A stretch of DNA of 64,000 bases from a cyanobacterium endosymbiont of Rhopalodia gibba (GTDB lineage: Bacteria; Cyanobacteriota; Cyanobacteriia; Cyanobacteriales; Microcystaceae), in contig CP067995.1 in NCBI GenBank assembly GCA_045159875.1, positions 1,120,001-1,184,000 on the forward strand, given 5' to 3'. The position numbers were made by a program, and so were the translations under genes. Each line of letters opens with the position of its first letter. Position 1 is the stretch's first letter. The notes beneath the pieces are model-generated. The model was not told the origin of the DNA. It did not search any database and saw nothing but the letters and a program-made list of their open reading frames with translations. Shown in pieces: positions 60,263-64,000 of this stretch.

Positions 60263-61520
60263 ATGTCGTTTATTTAATTATTTAGGTTATCTCTACTTTC
60301 TTACCTATCCTCTAACTGCGCAGACTTATCAACCTCGTGAAATGACTACATAACTAAAGATGGTTAAATCTATAACTGATGGTATGATGCTTGCTTCTGA
60401 CCCCTATTTTAGATAAATTGGGAATGTTATCCAGACTATGACATTTTCAGTTAAAAATTTTTAAATTCATATCATAACTATCGTGTAGTTGTATATAAAA
60501 AAACAGAAAATGAGAAAGTTTTACTGAAAAGCTCTTAGTTTATTGGTAAATATGATGAATATTTGTTTGTTAACAAGCATATTATAATTCTAGCTATATT
60601 AGCTTACATATAGATTATATTACTTATACTTAAACGTATTTATTTGGAAATAAATACATAGTTATTAGCTAGATTAATTTAATATAATTATCTTTTTAAG
60701 ACGAGTATTTTTTATAATTTAATAGTCACACTAATCCTACATAGATATTATTATTGATTATTAAAATATTCTTTTTAACAAAGAAGACCTGTTTATCTTT
60801 TTTAATAAAAGTAAGCAGGTCTATTAAATTAATTGCTTTAAGGTTTAAATCAATTTAATAAGACAATGAGTATTATTCTACAACTCTTGTAAATATTAAG
60901 ACGAAAGTCTTTATCCCATATCTAATTTTACCTAGAATTTATTCTTGACAGTGGAACTATACAAAGTAATGCTAAACATTCTGGATGGAGTCTTTCAGAT
61001 AGGAAATAATAATCTTGAAGAGCAGGACAGTAAAAAACACTTTATCAAGTTTACCTAGAGTCTTATTATCTAGATATTTATCATATAACTTGTGTGCGAT
61101 ATCAAAAATTGATTGAATCTAGAGGCGATCAAAAATATCAGTTTTAGTCAGGAAAAAGATAGCAATAGTTGAAGAATTCTGTTCCTACTTCTTTGTATTA
61201 GGTTGATTCTTCAAACTGAGATAGTTATCATATATTTTGAAAAATATAGGAAAATAGACAGCCCATTATTTTAGCACTTATCAAAGACTTAAATCTTATT
61301 GTTATTCAGGAATACCTAAATTTATTTTAATAATTAATATCTGGTATTAAAAGGGAAAAGTTGAGTAACTCATCGTTAGGGGTTACCAAGCAGTTCCTCT
61401 AATTGATAGAATTTTTCAGTCTGTAAAATTATGCTGAAATAAATAATATTAAATTTAAATCAGGTAAAATACTCAATAAATTTTCTAGATGAGTTGTCCA
61501 TACTAATCGATTTGTAGTCA
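60263..61520 (+). pseudogene. Possible gamma-glutamyltransferase fossil
   Basis: Weak colinear fragments: signal-like start, DGMMLASDP..*IG and SG...MLNILDG. Confidence 0.35.
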
Positions 61521-62489
61521 ATAAAATACATAGTTAAAAACGTGTAATTTACTACAAAACAATTAAAAAACTAGAAGTATAAAAATATATAATGCTTTAA
61601 CTTAGTCTACTTATTTTAGTTGTAATTTACCTAGATAATAGATTTATTGCTACAAATAAACTTGTTAAAAGTAGTATTCATCTATTTTTATTTTTTTAAA
61701 TAAAAAATAGTATTTTAGATTAGTAAAATTTTAGGTATTTGATAGTTTTTAAGTTAATCTATTAACTAATTTTACTTGGATATTTTTGATTTATCTTAGT
61801 ATAGTTATTATATGTTACAGTTTTTTTTGTATTAAAAATACAAAAAAAATATTTTAATTACCTCAAAAGGACAGGTTATCTACTACTGTTATTTGGCTAA
61901 TTTATTAGACAATCTGTATTTATTTCTTTTTGCTTTACAGATAATTGACTTTAAAAAGTATTAGGTAACAAGTGTAACAATATAAAATATTCTCATGACT
62001 GGATAATATATTTATTTTGTTTATTGAGCGATTACTAGCATAACAACTATCGGTGGTGATAATATTCAGTTTTCGTATAGACATTCTATATATACTAACA
62101 ATTACTCTTTAAGTCCTGTTGTAGTTGTACAGATATCTCTCTACATTTTTGTTATTGGTAATAATGTCTATTCTTTTAGTAATTTTAACGTTTCAAAATT
62201 ACCTATAAAGATGGGATGATAATTTGTGTAAATATTATAAATACTGTAAAAAACCCAGAGAATTTTCTTGAATATTTATTTTTATACTTTTAACTAAAAA
62301 ATATCTAAAGCTCACCTATAAATTACTTTAAAGTATCTCCATATATAATTTATTAAAACATTGCTTTTTAATCCAAAATTTTTTTTCATCGTTAAATACT
62401 CAAATTAGTAAATATTACAATAGCTATTAACTTTTAAAAAAAATTAATAGTTTTATTGTAAATAACTTACTTTTAGACAAATAAAAAAG

Positions 62490-63076
62490 TAATGATAGCA
62501 TTATGATAATTTACCTTCTTTTTGAAAAATAAATCGTCTAACCAGGAAACTCATGACATACTCAATAGCTCTTAATAAGCTTATTTTATGGGCAATAAAT
62601 ACATAGATAATTTTTGCGTTAATCTGCAATTATAAAGATTTTTTATTTAAAAAATCAGTAAAACTAACAATTATTAGATGTATAAATACGATTAAACTAG
62701 AAGTGATTGATAAACGATGAGGATAAACAATATCTTAATTTTTATATCTAATAAGATTAGATATAATTTATATTAATTTGAAGGTTTTTAATATAACGAA
62801 AATTTATCTAAAAGATAACAACTCTAAAATGTAATAAAAGGTGGTCAGAAAATAAGTAATCTGAATTTCAACAAGTTTAATTTTTTTAAGAAACTTAAAA
62901 CACCTGTTGCAACTTTAGTTGACTTATAGTTATCGTGAAATCTCATATCAGCACCGGCAACATAATGCACTTCTGTTAAGTCATCTTCAGTCTATAATTT
63001 ATTATCTAAATTTCTGCTAAATTGACTTTATTTCTTCAAGGGATTTAGGAACAGAAAAATTAACATTAGTTTTCAC
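62490..63076 (-). pseudogene. nfi: Endonuclease V pseudogene
   Basis: PKSLEEIKSI*Q, TEDDLTEVHYVAGADMRF..NY...VLSF, IVYPHRL and IYVFIAHKI..RAIEYV. Confidence 0.85.
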
Positions 63077-63153
63077 TCCAGTTTTTTTAGAATAAAACTG
63101 TATAATCTGGTAATTATTAATACAAATAATGTCAACTAATAATCAAAAGTATA

Positions 63154-64000
63154 ATGGCGATTTTAATGGTCAGTAACGGTCATGGAGAAGATGTAATTGC
63201 GGCTTGTATTGCTGAACAATTACGAGATATATCTAACGCTCCTCAAATAGCAGCTTTTCCCCTAGTGGGAGAAGGATATGCCTACAAAGAGTGTAATATT
63301 CCTATTATTGGGGATGTCCAAAAAATGCCATCAGGGGGTTTTAATCAAAATCTAAAACACCTACTACAAGATGTTAGTGGAGGACTAATAGAATTGACTT
63401 TTTACCAGTATAAAAATATTTGTCAATGGGGAAAAACTGGGGGTAAAATTTTAGCAGTTGGTGATTTAGTACCTTTACTTTTTGCTTGGTTGAGTGGGGC
63501 AGATTATGGATTTGTTGGAACCGCTAAATCAGAATATTATTTACGGGATGAAAAAGGTTGGTTGCCTCAAACTTCTTGGTTAGCGCGTTGGTTTGGATCG
63601 ATGTATTTTCCTTGGGAATGTTGGTTAATGAGTCATCCCCGATGTCGGGGGGTCTTTCCCAGAGACCGATTGACCTCCCAAATTTTAGAGCAATGGCCAA
63701 TACGAGTTTTTGATTTAGGAAACCCTATGATGGATGGTTTTGAGTCAAATCCAACAGTTAATTTAAACCTGAGATATGATTCATTAACCATCGTGCTACT
63801 TCCGGGTTCGAGAAGTCCGGAAGCACAACAGAATTGGGAAATTATTCTGGAAGCAATTCAAGAAATAATAAAAGAAAACCAGAAAAACACTTTTACTTTT
63901 TTAGGAGCGATTTCTCCTGCTCTAAATCTCGAAAATTTTATTCAATCTCTAGTTTATAAAGGTTGGATTTCCAAACCTATAACAACTAATAAATTGTCTT
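63154..64000 (+). CDS. Lipid-A-disaccharide synthase-related protein (partial; runs off the window end)
   Basis: MAILMVSNGHGED, PLVGEG, MPSGGF, FVGTAKSEYY, GNPMMDG and LLPGSR. Confidence 0.88.
   Translation, partial: MAILMVSNGHGEDVIAACIAEQLRDISNAPQIAAFPLVGEGYAYKECNIPIIGDVQKMPSGGFNQNLKHLLQDVSGGLIELTFYQYKNICQWGKTGGKILAVGDLVPLLFAWLSGADYGFVGTAKSEYYLRDEKGWLPQTSWLARWFGSMYFPWECWLMSHPRCRGVFPRDRLTSQILEQWPIRVFDLGNPMMDGFESNPTVNLNLRYDSLTIVLLPGSRSPEAQQNWEIILEAIQEIIKENQKNTFTFLGAISPALNLENFIQSLVYKGWISKPITTNKLS

Overview
AT-rich chromosomal segment from a unicellular cyanobacterium of Cyanothece/Crocosphaera-like type, in the middle of reductive genome decay. About 33 intact genes are present, including nusB, pgl, an ABC-2 exporter, pmbA, ndhR, trpG, dgkA, ybeY, fbaA, plsY, rnc, purB, accB, efp, pyrG, ccsA, pepA, a VKOR-Trx fusion and btpA. 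They sit as islands among long AT-rich tracts. Hand translation across stops and frameshifts shows these tracts are gene fossils (gamma-tocopherol methyltransferase, egtD, futB, a CYP110-like P450, DUF3119, a pyrF-pyrE fusion, a tandem glutaminase, endonuclease V and others) and dead IS982, IS630 and ISL3 elements. This pattern fits a host-restricted cyanobacterial endosymbiont such as the spheroid bodies of rhopalodiacean diatoms. That is an inference, since no nif or photosystem core genes lie in the window. The best candidate for an undescribed system is an intact three-gene DsrF/DsrE/DsrH-fold operon (12722-13987) with a CxxC motif. Also notable are HIP1 sites mostly converted to the C-to-T deamination form, an NdhR with altered effector-pocket motifs, and a 57-bp perfect palindrome at a deletion junction. 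No rRNA, tRNA or CRISPR array was seen. Pseudogene boundaries are approximate, and family comparisons come from recalled consensus motifs rather than database searches.
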